From the human T2T-CHM13v2.0 reference genome, Homo sapiens, in NCBI RefSeq assembly GCF_009914755.1, contig NC_060942.1: a DNA stretch of 64,000 nucleotides, one strand, 5' to 3'. Position 1 is the stretch's first letter, and the number at the start of each line of letters is the position of its first letter. Shown piece after piece: positions 44,451 to 59,108 of this stretch. The notes beneath the pieces were generated by a model, which saw only the letters and a list, made by a program, of their open reading frames with translations, made no database searches and was not told the origin of the DNA. Position numbers and translations under genes: made by a program.

Positions 44451-46959
44451 AAAAAACCACAATTGTTTACCTGATTAGAGCACAAATAGAAGATAATAAT
44501 GGGGCTAGAAACATATTTTTGCTTATATAATTTACATACTGCTTATATTTTAAATGTACATAGTGTATGTATATTCCTATGACAGTTAAATAAAGCATTG
44601 CATCTATTGTGTTTGCTAGAAAGTTATTACATTCAAACTGAAAAATGACAGCAATTTAAAACATGTTTTCTCCTAGGGTAAATGCTTTGTATAAGTAATC
44701 ACTGTGTTAAAAAAACAATGGCCATAAAGGTAGGAAGTGAAAATTATTGCTTAAATGCTCATTTTTTTTTTGTTTAAATAAGACATACTCCCTCATTACT
44801 TGAAAAAGGAACTAGCTACGTCACTAATAATATATGTATAGAGTTTTAAAAGTATTTCTTTCAAAATACTAACTTTGAGATATGAGAATCTCTGTGAACT
44901 TTGGACTAAGAAGGTGAAGAAGCAGTTCATTCTTTTTAAATCCTATATGGAATTCATATCATTTGTTGTTTGGATTCCCATTCACTCTTCAAAGATAATT
45001 TATAAATACACAGGAATCTATTGAACATAATTACTTAGGTAGAAAAGTATTACAAATTCTGCATAAAGAATTTGTTTCTTTTAATCACTCCTGGAAAAAA
45101 ATTAACGTAAATAAATACATTTTTATAAATCTTTTAATTTGAGTTTGGTGGATATTTCTTTCGTACGTAAAAGTAATGTATTCTCCATCTAGCGACCCTA
45201 GGTTAAAGTTGACTTAGAGAAAATAACTATTTACCACGTTTATTTATTGCCAATATTTCATTACAAAAACAAGATATCTATTTCTACAAGTCTTGTAAAT
45301 GTAATATTGTAGTTAAAGAAAGGAGATGATTCTATAGAAATAAAAAAATTTAATGACATTTAAAGCAGGTAATGTGGTAAATATTTATATTGATCTTTTG
45401 CTAAAAATAATGCTTTTTCATAACTAAAAATTATATCTGTTGAAGCTCCTACTTTCCATAAAATGTGCCTGAACCTGGGGAGACTACTAAAGACTAAAAG
45501 ATCTGTGAAGCTTAATAATAAAGATAACTACAAATTTATAACGCATTGCAAATTCCTTGAGTCCCAGTCCAATTTTTTTCCCTATAACATTTTCATCTAT
45601 TTCATTAAAGTCAAAAGAAATATGACATGGTGGCTCTCCTGTAAATCACAGTTAACTAACAGCCCAGGTTAAATAATAATAACAATAACATTAATTATAA
45701 TACCTTCAGCAAAATCAGTGCAGATTTGCTAAATTCCATTGGGCCTAGATTTAAGCACTGATCAAGAAAGGAAGGCATGAGCTTAGTAAGAGTGTTTTTT
45801 TATTCATTTCCCTCCAATGGAATGAAATAGAATCAGAAATTTAAGATAAGAGAAATGGATGAAGGGCTTTCACGGGCATTTCTATGTTCATTTTCATTTG
45901 AATTCACAATGTGAACAAATATAAAGCTATCTCTGTGGGAATAGTAAACATTTTAAATTCTGTGGTTTAACAAAGTTAAAAGCTTCAATCTAAAATTTGC
46001 TGGTTTGAAATAACTTTGAAATTCTGCAAGTAGTTTCATGAGTGTGAAAATCTTCAAAGTCTGTAGACAAAAGTAAGGGCAATCACAGTTAGTGGATAAA
46101 TCATTGGCAATCAAAACTCAGTGATACGATTGAAAGGTCAGTGCCTCTGTCTTTGATTTTTTGCTTTAAACTGATATTTCATTTTCTTCGATTTTCTAAA
46201 GCTGCCCATATGTGCCTTAATGTCCATAATTATGCTTAACAATTTGTCTGAATTTGGCTGAGAGCACTCAATATTTTGGATGCTGAAATATCTGCATTAC
46301 ATTTTTCCTTTGCTATGCTTCCAAAAATAATAAAAATTATTCACACATATATGGGTGATCATCCTAAAAATACTCATCAACACAAGGATATATAGAGAAT
46401 ATTTTCTTCATTTGTTTCTTTTAGGAAACAAAGATAAAAAATAAGTTCCATCCATATTAACAAACATCTGTTGTTTAGTAAATAATAAATGATTTTCTTT
46501 ATTTAATATATTTTTCTACCTATTGTGGATTTCCTATTTATGCAGAGATAAATCCATAACAAACCAAAAAGTATTTCATTCACTAAATGTGTAAAAGATT
46601 GAAAAGCACTTTATTTCATTTTGATGCCTGTATTTTGGCCTTCTTTAAAGATTTGACTTCAAGAATTCCTTTTGAGTTTTAAATATTTGCTGCAAAACAT
46701 TTTTGTATATAAATTAATACATGAATATAGAGTGTGATAATTCACAAATTTAAATTTCTATTATGTCAATAGTAAGACAAAACTGACTTCCTTAAAACAT
46801 AGTTTGATAGGTACTCAATCAGAAATACATACAAAAATAAATACAAACCCCTCACATCCTAAGAATATTTTTCTAGTATCTACTATTCCTTCTCCCAACA
46901 CTTACATGTAGATATTCAGCGAACCATTATATATTTGCCTGCTTAGGAGTGACGACAAT

Positions 46960-47970
46960 CCAATAGGAATCCACACCTCGCTATCAGATCTTGACACTCA
47001 AAATGCCATTCCCCACTAAAAGAAAATAAGAATCTTTGTGGAAGGCACTAATTCCAGGGCTGACACATATACACAGTAATTCAAGAGGAACCTCTTATAT
47101 CCACCATAGAGAAAGGAAGTGCCCAAAGACTGATGACAACATACAAAATTAATACCCAGGCCAGCCTGACTGTTTCTTCTAAAACTTAGCATCCAAGTAA
47201 ATAAAATAATAATCTATTATAATCCACAAATAATATGAGAATTTGTGAGCCTGTATTGATACAGATCAATAAAGACATTGATAGTTTGGTAAGAAATAGA
47301 ATATTAACAGGTCTTCAAAGTATCTTCCCATAAAATACTTACTAAATTACAAAGAGGAAAAGAGTAACTTCACAGCACAGGAGCCTCTGAGACAGCACTT
47401 AAGTGAGTCATCAAAATGGCATCAATAAGTAGTGAAACGAAAATAAATCTTGTAGTGAAAAGAACACAGCATCACTTCTATGATATTCCTGCCAAAGATG
47501 CATTACCTCAATCTGATCAAGAGAACACACCAAAGAAGCCCAAAAGGAGGTACCTTCTAAAGAAGAGCTGGCTTCTAATTTCCAAAGCTTCAAGGTCATG
47601 AAGGTCAACGAATGGCTGAAGAATTCTTCCAACCTATGGGAGATTAAAAAGAAATTGCTGGTAAATGCAGCACTTGATGCTGAACGTGTTCCTTTGCCAT
47701 AAAAGAGATTGTTGGCAAAACTGCTCAAAGTCGAATGGGAGATAAGGATTAGATGATACAAGAAAGAAATGTTAATTTTCATGGTTTTATTGTGTTTGCT
47801 TATAAAACGTTCTTGCTTATAAAAAATATGCAATAAAATGGTTGGGAGTAATGGGGCATCAGGTTGGCAAATTACTCTCCAGTGGTTCAGAAGAAAATCT
47901 TGTTTTGTTTTACTAGAATTTTACTTTTCTCTGAGTTTTTTTGCTATGACAAAACTCAAAAATAATTTAA
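46960..47970 (+). mobile_element. L1MC/MD 3' region
   Basis: ATGCCATTCCCCACTAAAAG, AGCATCACTTCTATGATATTCCTGCCAAA, CAAGGTCATGAA motifs. Confidence 0.7.
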
Positions 47971-48185
47971 AAATGGAATAGTTATTCTGAATGGCTAATA
48001 CGCAATGACATATAGAGAACAGACATTTCATCCCTCACTCTTCCAAGGTCTGATGTAAAAAAAGTTATAAAAAGGTATTATATGAAGCTCAAAATATCAA
48101 CTACATCCTCTCCAGATGAGATTTTAAAACACTTGTGGAAGATTGAAAGTTGATAGAAGTGACAAAGGAAGACAGAGATAGACAT

Positions 48186-50830
48186 GGCTGGGTGTGGTGG
48201 CTCACACCTGTAATCCCAACAATTTGGGAGGCCAAGGCGGGTGGATCACTTGAGCTCAGGAGTTTGAGACCAGACTGGGGAACGCAGCAAGACCCCATGT
48301 CTACAAAAAAATATATAAACATTTAGCCAGGACTGGTGGTTCAGCTTGTAGTCCCAGCTACTTGGGAGGTTAAGGCTGGAGGTTAAGACAGGATGATTGC
48401 TTGAACCTAGGAGGTTGAGGTTGCAGTGTGTTATGATCATGCTGTATTAGTCCATATTCATGCTGCATAAAGACATATCCGAGACTGGGCAATTTACAAA
48501 AGAAAGAGGTGTATTGGACTTACAATTCCACGTGGCTGGGGAGGCCTCTTAATCATGGCAGAAGGTGAAAGACACGTCTCACATGGTGGTGGCGAGAGAA
48601 TGAGAGCCAAGCAAAACGGGTTTCCACTTATCAAACCATCATATCTTGTGAGACTTATTCACTGCCACGAGAACAATATGGGGGAACTACCACCATGATT
48701 CAATTATCTCCCACCGGTTATCTCTTGCAATATATAGGAATTTGGGGAGTACAATTTACGATGAGATTTGGGTGGGGACACAGGCCATATCCATATCATT
48801 CCACCTCGACCTCTCCCAAGCCAAACCATATCATTCCACCTCGACCTCTCCCAAGTCTCATGTCCTCACATTTCAAAGCCAAACATGCCTTCCCAACAGT
48901 CCCCCAAAGTCTTAACTCATTTCAACATTAACTCAAAAGTCCACAGTCCAAACTCTCATCTGAGAGTTTCTTCCACTTATGATCCTGTAAAATCAAAAGC
49001 AAGTTAGTTACTTCCTAGATACAATGGAGGTACAGGCATTGCATAAACACAGCTATACCAAATGGGAAAAAATGGCCAAAACAAAGTGGTTACAGGCCCC
49101 ATGCAAGTCTGAAATCCAGCACGGCAGTCTAATTTCAAAGTTCCAAAATGATCTTCTCTAACTCCATGTCTCGCAACTGGGTCACACTGATGCAATAGGT
49201 GAGATCCCATGGTCTTGGGAAGATCCTCTCCTGTGTCTTTGCAAGGTACAGCTTCCCTCCCTGCTGCTTTCATGTGCTGGCATTGGGTGTCTGTTGATTT
49301 TCCAGGTGCATGGTGCAAGATGTCATTGGATCTGTCTTTCCGGGGTGTGGAGGACAGTGACCCTCTTCTCACAGCTGCACTAGGTGGTTTCCTATTAGGG
49401 ACTCTGTGTGGGGGCTCCCACCCCACATTTCCTTCCTGCACTGCCTCAGCAGAGGTTCTCCATGAGGACCCTGCCCCTACAGCAAACTGCTGCCTGGGCA
49501 TCCAGGCATTACCATACATCTTCTGAAATCTAGGCAGAGGTTCCCAAACCCCACTTCTTGACTTCTATGCACTTGCAGGCTTAACACCACATGGGAGCTG
49601 CCAAGGCTTGGGGCTTACACACTCTGAAGCCACGGCCCGAGCTCTATGCTGACCCCTTTCAGACATGGCTAGAGCAGATAGGACCCAGGGTACCAAGTCC
49701 CTAGGCTGCATATGACATGGGGAACCAGGACCTGGCCCATGAAACCAGTTTCTCCGAGGCTTCTGGGCCTTTGATGGGAGGGGCTGCTGTGAAGACCTCT
49801 GACATGCTCTGGAGACGTTTTTTCCAATGTCTTGGGAGTTAACATTTGGCTCCTTGTTACTTATGCAAATTTTTGCAGCTGGCTAGAAATCTCAGAAAAT
49901 GGGTTTCTCTTTTCTATCACATTGTCAGTCTGTAAATTTTCTGAACTTTTATGCTCTGCTTCCCTTTTAAAACTGAATGTCTTTAACTGCACCCAAGTCA
50001 CCTCTTTAATGCTTTGCTGCTGGGAAATTTCTCTCCCAGATACCCTAAATCATCTCTGTCAAGTTCACAGTTCCACAAATCTCTAGGGCAGTGGTAAAAT
50101 GCCACCAGTCTCTTTGCTAAAACATTACAGGAGTCACCTTTGCTCTAGTTCCCAACAAGTTCCTCATTTCCATCTGAGACGACCTCAGCCTGGACCTTAT
50201 TGTCCATATCGCTATCAGGCTTTTGGTCAAAGCCATTCAACATTCCTGTCTTCTTCTGAGCCCTCCAAACTATTCCAACCTCTGCCTGTTACCCAGTTCC
50301 AAAGTTGCTTCCACATTTTAGGGTACCTTTTCAGCAGCACCCCACTCTACTGGTACCAATTTATTATATTAGTCTGTTTTCAAGCTGCTGAGAAAGATAT
50401 AACCAAGACTGGGTTATTTACAAAAGAAAGAGGTTTATTAGACTTACAGTTCCACATGGCTTGGCAGGAGGGCACCTCACAATCATGGTGGAAGGTGAAA
50501 GACACATCTCACATGGTGGCAGCAAATGAGAGAATGAGAGCCAAGCAAAATGGATTTCCCCTTTTCAAACCATCAGATATCATGAGACTTATTCACTACC
50601 GTGAGAACAGTGTGAGGGAAACTGCCTCCATGATTCAATTATCTCCCACCGGGTCCCTCCCACAACATGTGGGAATTATGGGAATACTATTCAAGATGAG
50701 ATTTGGAGAGGGACACGGGGAACACAGAGCCAAACCATATCATATGCCATTGCACTCCAGCCAGGGTGACAGAGTAAGACCCTATCTCAAAAAAGAAAAA
50801 AAGACAAAGACTAAAAGAAAAAAGGAAGAG
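48186..50830 (+). mobile_element. AluJ split by THE1 (48186-48442 and 50748-50830)
   Basis: Alu stops at TATGATCATGC and resumes at CATTGCACTCCAGCC. Confidence 0.9.
48443..50742 (-). mobile_element. THE1A/B provirus (LTRs 48443-~48798 and ~50365-50742)
   Basis: TGTATTAGTCC..CCATATCA LTRs, MaLR internal region, TSD CATGC/TATGC. Confidence 0.93.
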
Positions 50831-50849
50831 AGAGACAGACACAGAAAGA

Positions 50850-52650
50850 GAACTACAATCTAAGGTCACTGCTCAGCAAGTTGATGGAGTCACAAAGCAG
50901 TCACTCAGAGAGACATGGGACTTGGAAATTCCAAGTACAATTTTAAAAACAAACAACAGAAACCATTAGGCTGAATACAAGGGTTTAAATTGAAATTCTG
51001 GTAGTTAAAAAGTCACATAATTTCTAATCCAACATAGAAAATTGAAAATTCTTTTCTTAAGAAATTTAAATAAATACTGGAGTTACAAGATCTTTTCACT
51101 TTGGAAATTAGCGATTGCACATCCAAATAGCTGTATCCTCACTCACATGGTCAAGAACAATGATCACCAGTCCGCAAGCCCCATGGATTTTCATAGCTAT
51201 TGTTCTAGTCTTCAGCAGAAAGAATCAAGCCGGACATTGCCAGAGATTCAAGATCTTTGAGCAAAGCACTGAACATAAAATAAAGAGATAAATCAACAAA
51301 ATAAATAAACTAATGAGTGGAATCATAGACAGGTTCAGAAATTGAAGGAAAAATGTAACATTAACAGACTAGAGGTTAAAATAAAAAATAGAAACACCAA
51401 AAATAAGGAGGGACACACACATTTAAAATATGGTAGTTAAAATTAAATGTATTGGATTTTTATTTTAGGTTAACTTTAAAAGTTTAACACAAGGTCCCAG
51501 AAAGTGAGACTCAGAGAGAGAGGAAAGAGTGCTTGTTCGTGGACACAGAAAGCTGATCTCCCATAATATTTATGAGAAAAAAAGATTAATGGATTTAAAT
51601 AATTTATTTTACAGGACATTTAGAAAGAGACAGTAAAGAGAAGGGGGAAATTTATTAAATAAATTAGAAAATTAACAGGACCGTTTCTAGATGTGACTGG
51701 CCTTGATCTGCAGATAAGAGAGTCACATGTGCCCAGAGCAAAAAATAAAAAATCAAACACACAAAAAATTTCTTGTCTATTTCAGTATGTTTTCATAACA
51801 CCAAAAATAAAGAGAAAATCTTAAAGCCTTTTAAAACAACAACGATGACAACAGTAAGTAATAACAGCAATAACAAATAAATATACGACCAAGAAAGATG
51901 TGAGTCAAGGAAATATCAGACTTCTCACCGATGACATGGAATGCTGAAAGACAGTGAATAGATTCCCTTAATTTAGTGAAGACAAAAGTAATAAACTGTA
52001 ATTGTATGCTCAGCCACACCATCAGGGAAATGTTAGTACAGAATAAAAAATATCAGGTGTACAAGAAAAATAAAAGTACTTGCACTGATTTTTAAGGAAG
52101 TTTATTAAGAATATATAAAGCAGAAACAAAATATCAATAAAAAGATGAAAATATTGAACAAACATCAAGAGCACAATGAAGAAAAGGGCAAGGATAATAG
52201 CTAGGTAGGAGGACTTGAGAAAAAAACACAATTGGAAAAGAAAATGTCAAGTATTGGAGAAAAAAAGACATTTGGAAGCTTTACAAATATCAGAAAGAAA
52301 AAAATGTGATAATAGTAGATTGCTTGTCTCTGCAGTAAATGAGATTCACAGTAAAACAGATTGCAATTTTTAAAATTTCAATCCTAAGAATTCACTTGCA
52401 GATAAAATTTAAATTTTATTAACTTTGACATTATAAAACTAAAAGTGTAAATGAGAGAGGTTGAGAGATCAAAGTCAGAGAGAAGAGTTGGAAGAAAGAG
52501 CAAGAACACCAACATTTTCTAAAATGGAGACTCAAGAGATCAAGAGAGTAGCTATGTTATGCAAAAAGGAACAAGGGTATGATATATTACTTGAAGTTAT
52601 AATGAATAGAGAAACTAAAACCAGTGCAACTAGTATATGCTGCATCATTA
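50850..52650 (+). mobile_element. Decayed L1M 5'/ORF1 region
   Basis: A-rich; ATCAGACTTCTCACCGATGACATGGAATGCTGAAAGACAGTG ORF1 motif. Confidence 0.55.
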
Positions 52651-52797
52651 GTTTTACATTATAAAGTTCTAATAGGCTAATCTTCAGTAATCCTTTCTTC
52701 TATCTTCATCAATCCTACCTAAGTCTATACAGGAAGCTTAAATATGAGAACACAATTAATTATAATGTAAAGATATTATTTAGAAATATTAAGTTAG

Positions 52798-53094
<297 letters not shown>

Positions 53095-53204
53095 AAAAAT
53101 TTTTTTTAAATTAAAATTTTAAAATCTGTTTGCTTTTGGAAAGACCAGGAGTTTAGTAAGGAAGTAGTTCAAGTTGCTGTTTTTTAACATATGCATTTTT
53201 TAAT

Positions 53205-53340
53205 AATATTTTATTCTAGATTCAGGGGGTACATGTGCATGTTTGTTGCATTTTTATTTCATACTAGTAGGGATTGGGCTTCTAGTATACCCATTACTAA
53301 AATAGTGAACATAGTACCCAAAGGTAATTTTTCAACCCTT
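53205..53340 (-). mobile_element. L1PA16/PB 3' end fragment
   Basis: AGATTCAGGGGGTACATGTGCA..ATAGTGAACATAGTACCCAA. Confidence 0.75.
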
Positions 53341-54264
53341 GTCGCCCTCGTTGACAACCCTTGTTGTCGACCTTCTTACACTCCCCGTCAAGTTGCTTTC
53401 TATTAAGTCTTTTTGTCTTAAGTTTTCAGTATGTGCAAGGATCAATGGATCATGACGTCATTGCTTAGAATTTGTGTTAAAAACAAATTATTTGAAAAGA
53501 TTTGAGATTTATTTATGAAAAGTTTAGTTTCACTGTAGTTACATGCAAGATATAATAATATTCTGGTTTTTGACATTTTCACATAACACAATCTATACCC
53601 TGATTATATGTAATGTTCATACAATATAGAAATATTATTAATTTTGAGAGAGTAATTTTTGCCTTTATCTTTTAATATCTTAAGACTGTCTCAAAATTAT
53701 GAAAATGGTGAGAATTTGTGGAATAATTTGTATGTTCTAAATTGAATCCTGGATTAGGTATTGAAGGCTCACCTCCAATCCTCAGATGCATATAAATAAC
53801 AAGTTGTGTACATCATAAAACAGTACAGTGCAATCATCGTGACTCAGCAAGGACTGTCTGTCAGGCGATGGCCAGCGTTAAAGAGCCGGGCATGGCGGCA
53901 GTGAGGAGATGGTGAAGGCTGCTCTTCCTCAATTACATAGGAGCATGGAATACGTACTCTTACCCACATCCCATCAGTAAGTGCACATTTTTAAACTCTT
54001 TCTTGGCACTGTAGTATCACAGCAATGTTAATCCCATCCAAAGGAGGCAGTTGCCATACAGACTTCAATAGAGAACTTTTACATTATAAAGTTATATATA
54101 TATATATATATTTTAATGGGAGCTGGAATGTCACTGGCATTTATTTAGCAAGTCAAGGTGAATGTCTGTTTCAGTCATCTACGAAGACCCCGAAACAAGA
54201 TGCACATACGCCAAGGCAGAATCAACTAGGTATAATAAGAATGTGGAATAAGAATGACTGGAGG

Positions 54265-54595
54265 GGCTGGGCGCAGTGGTTCACACCTGTACTCCCAGCA
54301 TTTGGGGAGGCTGAGGTGGGCAGATCACCCGAGTTCAGGAGTTCAAGACCAGCCTGGACAACATGGCAAAACCCCATCTCTACTAAAAATACAAAAATTA
54401 GCCAAGCATGGGGGTGCGCACCTGTAATCCCAGCTACTGGGGAGGCTGAGGCAGGAGAATCACTTGAACCCAGGAGGCAGAGGTTTCAATGAGCCGAGAT
54501 TGTGCCACAGCACTCCAGTCTGGGGCCACTGCACTCCAGGCTGGGTGGCAGTACAAGACCCCATCTCAGAAAAAAAAAAAAAAAAAAAAAAAAAA
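54265..54595 (+). mobile_element. AluSx/Sz with 21-bp internal tandem duplication
   Basis: GCCACAGCACTCCAGTCTGGG (54504-54524) followed by GCCACTGCACTCCAGGCTGGG (54525-54545). Confidence 0.92.
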
Positions 54596-55394
54596 GATTT
54601 GAGGATCACAAGATAAGATAAAGGGTGAGGCTGAAATATTTATGTAGCTTCTCTACCTAAGGGTTTTCACAATTTTTAGTGATAAAAATGGGAGATCAAT
54701 AACAGATCTCAACAGAGCCTTTAGTTTTCTTAACATCTATTTATGATACACAGTATATGTGTCTCATTACAACATACAGATGCAATTGCAGTCACTCTCA
54801 ATAGATAATTGTATTAAATTAATAAATTCCCAAGACAAAGACCTCTTTTTAAAGGAACCAGGCCTGACAGAACCATATCATACCTGGAAGGACATAAGCA
54901 AGATGAGGAAATTTTAGGGCCATCCTCACTAGAGTAACACCTATCATAAGTATCTTACCTATATCAGTACATTTGCCCTCTTCCTGTAACACCTGTGAGA
55001 ACTTCTTGTGCATTAACACGTCTACAGAGTCTGGCTTGTTCCCTGATACTCAAAAGGAGTCAGTAAATACATTTTAAACAAAATACAATTCTAAATATAT
55101 ATGATGAGAATATTAATCATCAGCTGAATTTACAGACTCAGTTAAGATAGTTAATTTTTGCATATATTTCAGTGGAAAACTTTTAAACTCTCAATCCCGA
55201 CAAAGTTTACTTATGACTTTGTGGCATTTTCATTCTTGGAATTTTTAATAATTGAAGAGATCTTCTTTAAATATTAAGTTGCCTTTTTATGTTAAAATGA
55301 CAAGATTACAATAAATATGTCTATGCTTCCAAATATCTAACTCTAAGCTGCTGTAAACAATGTGATTTAAGGATAGATGAATAGGACCCTACTT

Positions 55395-55545
55395 ATTCTG
55401 GCTCATAAGAGCTTATTGCTAAATTTTCAAGAATTTTGCAAGAGCTGGTTGTTGAAATGTTGGTAGTTTGAAATTGGCTATGGGAAATCATTATAAAAGA
55501 GGGCCCCTCCTCATCCTCAGTTGTTAAACATTTAGAAGTATACCT
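55395..55545 (+). mobile_element. MER63A-like
   Basis: TAAATTTTCAAGAATTTTGC..GTTGGTAGTTTGAAATTGGC..GTTGTTAAACATTTA. Confidence 0.6.
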
Positions 55546-56064
55546 CGGAATAAATCTTTGCTTAAGGAAAATACACAACTATATAAGAAATTAAATTTTG
55601 CAAGATCTATATCCATAATGTGTTCAACAAAAGATTAGTCCGAGGCAAAACTGTGAAGTATGCATTTGTATTTGCATCTCTTCCCTTCCATTATGCTAGC
55701 CTAATCAGAGGCAAAACACATTTTCGTAGATTTAGTATATCTTAATTTTTAAATGTCAATAATACCCATAAAATGCCCTAGATTATTTTATCTAAATTTT
55801 CTTTCAGCCTCCCATAAAACTCCCCAGCTAATAGCACCTCAAAATGGTATTAACTTTCATCTGTTTTTCCCTCTTCATTCTGTTGTCTTAGTGAAGTTTA
55901 CGGTTCCCCACATGTGCCCCCAATTTTCCAAGATTCTCTGGAGCCTGATCTAGTATAAGCTCATGCACTCATTTTTTCCCTTTTTGTTTGTTTACAGTAA
56001 CATTTGCATGTTATTCTGCCACATGCTCAAATATCCAATTACCATAGGCTATACAATTATCTAC

Positions 56065-56200
56065 ATGGTAGTTCTCACAATGCATCAGCATCATGTGTAA
56101 TGCAAGTACATGGCCTCATGCCAGACCCACTGATTTAGAAATGCTGGGAGTCGGACCCAGCAGTCTGTCCTGCAGCAGGTCTTCTAGGAGAGTCTGGTAC
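56065..56200. mobile_element. MER5A-like
   Basis: CCAGACCCACTGATTTAGAAA..GGACCCAGCAGTCTGT. Confidence 0.6.
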
Positions 56201-57722
56201 ATAAGAATGGCAAGCTCCATTTCTTTACACTGTATGCTTTGTAAAGACAGAGATTGTGTTTGTTTATTAATCACTTTATACCCACGCCCCTGCAGACTGT
56301 CTGGAATAAGGAAATAGGACTCAAATGAACAAAAAAATAGATGAATGCATTAATTAATCCTTTAAAAGACTAAATTCTAAAAGGTTTTGCACCCCCAAAA
56401 AGCTGTAAACTACTATTATGTTACTGAAATAACTCTCCCCCGGAGGGTTGAGCTTCAGCATGACATGGATAGATTATTATTTTAAGTCCTCGTTTGTTCT
56501 AAAAAGACATTGGGAGCACCAGTTAATGCTTAGGAAAGTGTTCCAGGATACTTGCATGAAAGTGCCCAGAGTAGAGGAAAGCACAGTGATATTATTTTCA
56601 TACTAATCCTGCTAGAAAAAAGGATATTTAAGCTTTTATGATTGGTCTTCTCTTCAGAGCCCTGCAGCAGATTTTTTTTTAAAAGAAAGAAAAACAGTAA
56701 AAAGAATTGAAATTAGGATCCAGACTGTAATACTGTGAGGGAAAAAAATCAAAAGCCTTATATGAAAGAAGAAATATCTAACAGTAGCTTTAATCTTGGA
56801 AGTCTCCAAAACAGCTTCCACATGGAGAGCCAGCGTGCCACAGGTGCTCTCCACATGAGCAGGTGAGCAAAATAAAGAGGCTGTCAGGCTGTGATGAATT
56901 CCTGTCCATGATGCATTCATCCCAAGGTGCCCTTCTGCATCTGGTATATATCTCAGTGCATGTAAGTTTTCAGCTGGTAGTTTTCAAGAACGTAAAAGAT
57001 CTCAGAACCAAAAGAGGCTGTAAGATAGTCTACAAGCCTAATGAGGTTGCTTAAGCAGTGGTAAGAAAGGAAGTATTCAGGAAGAATTGTTGTTTACCAA
57101 AGAAATAGATACATGTATTCTGATTTCATTATCCATAAAGATGTTATAGTAGGTCATTAGAATTGTTTGGGCTACAATTATTTTAAAAACCTAAAAGCCA
57201 ATGGTAAATGGAGAGCTTAATAAATTCATAAAATGTATTATTTTTAAAATTAAAATAATATAGTTTGTATTAACTTGATATCTCATAAAACTGTGTATAA
57301 CATGGCATGAGGTAGGTAGTTATATTTCTAAGACGCAAATGCAAAACTAAATGTATATTTCTTCCTTCTCTGCATTTTGAAGGCTAGCTGAAATGTAAAT
57401 ATCTCACAGGCACCTTTGTTAAGTTTTTAAATGATTTCTATGTTTACATGTATATCAAAACAGAAATGACTATGGCTATAACAATGAATTGAAAAATAAA
57501 AAATATTTTTCAAAATTTAAAAATGTTAATATGATCTAATAACAAGGAAATGTTTATTTAGTTGCTCTTGCAACAAAGTCTATCTTTGATACCAAGAAGC
57601 AATGCTCCTGAATGCTGGAAAATTGCACACATCATGTTTAGAAAAATCTTGGAAAATTCAACAGTTTTAGAAAGGAGTGTTCTGGATTTTAAAATATGTC
57701 ACAATAGAAATATTTACCAAAC

Positions 57723-59108
57723 TGTATCAGTTTTCTATCACTGCCGTAACAAATTGCTGCAAACGTAGTGGCTTAAAAGAAGACAAATTTGAAGCCTTGC
57801 AGTCTCGGGTTCGGAATCTAAAATGAGTCCTACTGGGCTAAAATCTAGCATCTGCAGGGCTGTGTTCCTTTATGCAAGCTCCTCCAGAGGAGTTTATTTT
57901 CCTTCTCCTTTCCAGTTTCTAACTGAGCACATTCCTTGGCTCATGGCAACCTCCATCTTCAAGCTAGCAATTCTTCTTTTAAATTTATTATTATTTTTAT
58001 TTGCATAAATTTATGGGGTACAACTGCAATTTTGTTACATGCATATATTGCATAGAGCCTTTTAGAGTACCTATCAGCCAAATAACATACATTGTACCCG
58101 TCAAGTAATTTCTCCTCATCTAACCCTTTTTCACCCCCAGTTTCCTAGTGTGCTTTGTCTATCATTCCACACTCTATGTCCATGTGTACACATCATTTAG
58201 CTCCCACTTGTAAGAACATGCAATATTTGTCTGTGGCTTGTTTCACTTAAAACAATGACCTCCAATTCCATTCATATTGCTGCAAAAGACATGATTTCAT
58301 TCTTTTTAATAGCTGAATAGTACTCCATTGTGAGTGTATACCACATTTTTTTAATCCAGTCATCTGTTTATGGACACTTAAGTTGATTCCCTATCTTTGC
58401 TATTGTGAATAGTGCTGTGATAAACACATGGGTGTAGGTATCTTTTTGATATTATGATTGTTTTTATTTCCTTATGAGTAGATACCCAGTAGTGAGATTT
58501 CCAGATCAAATGGTAGTTCTGTTTTTTTTCTTTCAGAAATCTCCGTACTGTTTTCCATAGAGGTTATACTAATTTACATTCCCATCAACAGCATGTTAGA
58601 GCTTCCTTTTCTCTACATCCTAGTGAACATCTGTCATTCTTTGTGTTTTTAATCATAGCCATTCTGACAAGTGTTAAATTATATCTCATTGTGGTTTTAA
58701 TATGCATTTCTGTGATTATTAGTGATGTTTAGCATTTTTATATGCCTGGTGGCCATTTGTATGTCTTCTTTTGAAAAATGCCTACGTGTGTCTTTTGCCC
58801 TCTTTTTAATGGAATCATTTGTTTCGTTGCTGTTGAGTTGTTTGAGTTTCTGACCTTTTTTCTGATGCCACACTTCTCTCTGACTCTCTACTCTCCTGCC
58901 ACCATCTTTCAAATTTAGGGACTCTTGCAATTCCATTGGACACACCTAGATAATCCAGAATAATCTCCTTATTTTAAGGTCAGCTGATTACTAACCTTAA
59001 TTCCATCTGCTACCTGAATTCCTCCTTGCTATGTAGCATAGCATATTACCAAGTTCTAGGGATTAGCAGGAGGACATCTTTGAGGGGCTATTATTTGGTC
59101 TACCAACC
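57723..59108 (-). mobile_element. MLT1C/D solo LTR split by L1
   Basis: TGTATCAGTTTTCTAT..TAGTGGCTTAAAA start; resumes ~58850 with GATAATCCAGAATAATCTCC. Confidence 0.8.
57972..58850 (-). mobile_element. L1PB/MA 3' end
   Basis: TTGCTGCAAAAGACATGATTTCATTC; peptide [11 protein letters not shown]. Confidence 0.9.

Noticed and set aside
50099-50863. Longest ORF (254 aa) and neighbouring 100-170 aa ORFs at 49004-49526
   Set aside because: Read-through of THE1 internal region, LTR and Alu; no gene context.
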